Both the position numbers and the translations under genes were made by a program. From positions 19,098,001 through 19,162,000 of the forward strand of contig CM119371.1 of the NCBI GenBank assembly GCA_051294905.1: a stretch of DNA of 64,000 nucleotides, written 5' to 3'. A model generated the notes under the pieces. The model did not search any database, had not been told where the DNA came from, and saw nothing but the letters and a program-made list of their open reading frames with translations. The DNA comes from Botryllus schlosseri (Eukaryota). Positions 62,985-64,000 of the stretch are shown here, piece by piece (the stretch's first letter is position 1; the number at the start of each line of letters is the position of its first letter).

Positions 62985-63200
62985 CCCTGTGAGCACAGGC
63001 GATTTTAGTGTGAGACAATCTCGTTACCTGTGAGACACTGACGATTTTGCTGTGAGACTATCTCGACACAGGTGATTCTGCTGTGAGACAATCTCGTTCC
63101 CTGTGAGACACCGAGGATTTTCCTGCGAGAAAATCACCATTGCCAATAAGAAATACATAGGCCACCCGCACAATAGCGATTTTCTCACAGGAAAATCCTC
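62985..63200 (+). repeat. Short tandem gtgagac/gatttt repeats with inverted end
   Basis: Repeated ctgtgagacaatctcg units; closing tttctcacagg. Confidence 0.5.
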
Positions 63201-64000
63201 CCTATCAATTTTTGTCGAGAGTGATCTTCAAGAAAAACTATAGAGAGAATAGCGTGGGTAAGACAAGCAGTGAGCAAGAGCCTCCCTGCCAGGTGAGCAC
63301 GGGGCGCCAATTCATGAGGAACATTGTGAGCAGTGAAAAAGGCATCCGGCAAGCCGTCAGGTGAGCACCTGCCACCGATTCCAAACGGGATCACATTGGC
63401 TGAGAAAGGATAAATGCTTGATATAAATATGTAAAACTACTAATATTAATAACGAAGGTTAGTCATTCTGAAATTTATCAGGCCAGGCGTGACCATTACG
63501 TTTCCTATTAAGCTATTCATAACATGACCGCTCGCCATTTCAGAGCGTATGATGCATATGAATAAATAGGTGAGTCCAGAGGGCCAGTTTAACATGGATA
63601 TTTTGCGTCCAGTTAATTCATCACGACCATGTCCTGGAATGCAGTCGTAGGCTATATGAAAAATCGAAATGAGGCCATGAATAACAAAAGGGTTGCCGAC
63701 CCCTGATATAGGCCTACTAAATTTGGTAACGCTAATGTGACATTATAGCAAAATTAGGTTATAAGAGAAAAGTATTTATTGTTTTGTATAACTAGGGGGA
63801 GAACTGGGATTTTAAATTTCTCGCTATTTCTTTAAATCCTGCTTCTTAAGTGGTAAGATTGGGTCAAAGGCGGTGGTGATGGTTTCACTGACAATGACAA
63901 TAATATGTAAGACTCTTACAGATACGACATTCATTCTTCATAAAGATCATGTTTGAAAACGGTGACTCGTAGCTGCAACTATAGAGCCCGACATTGCCAG

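Overview
Eukaryotic, AT-rich, repeat-dense metazoan DNA (GT-AG introns, TTAGGG-type repeats, hAT/Tc1 MITEs, tRNA-derived SINEs); probably an invertebrate, but the species cannot be determined from the sequence. The backbone is a minus-strand tandem cluster of six poly-C2H2 zinc-finger loci of two subtypes: B(psi, 11.6-12.2 kb), A(psi, 14.7-15.8 kb), B(psi, 17.6-18.4 kb), A(intact, 19 fingers, 21.2-22.9 kb), B(14 fingers, 44.5-45.7 kb) and B(16 fingers, 53.0-54.5 kb). They have non-canonical H-[AT]-G-[VI]-K-[SN]-H linkers and no visible effector domain. Downstream of two B loci, and only partly visible in the ORF track, are two dead, intron-containing copies of a cAMP-dependent protein kinase catalytic subunit (PKA-C)-like gene, recognisable exon by exon with their splice sites (0.5-11.6 kb and 36.6-42.8 kb). 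In the first copy a deletion joins the ZF exon directly to kinase exon sequence. The rest is layered transposon debris, including a four-level nested insertion (54.9-59.2 kb) built around a foldback-like element with inverted 15-bp arrays and a telomere-like core, and a 5.3-kb long-TIR element whose empty site survives in a paralogue. All alignments were made by eye and need computational confirmation.
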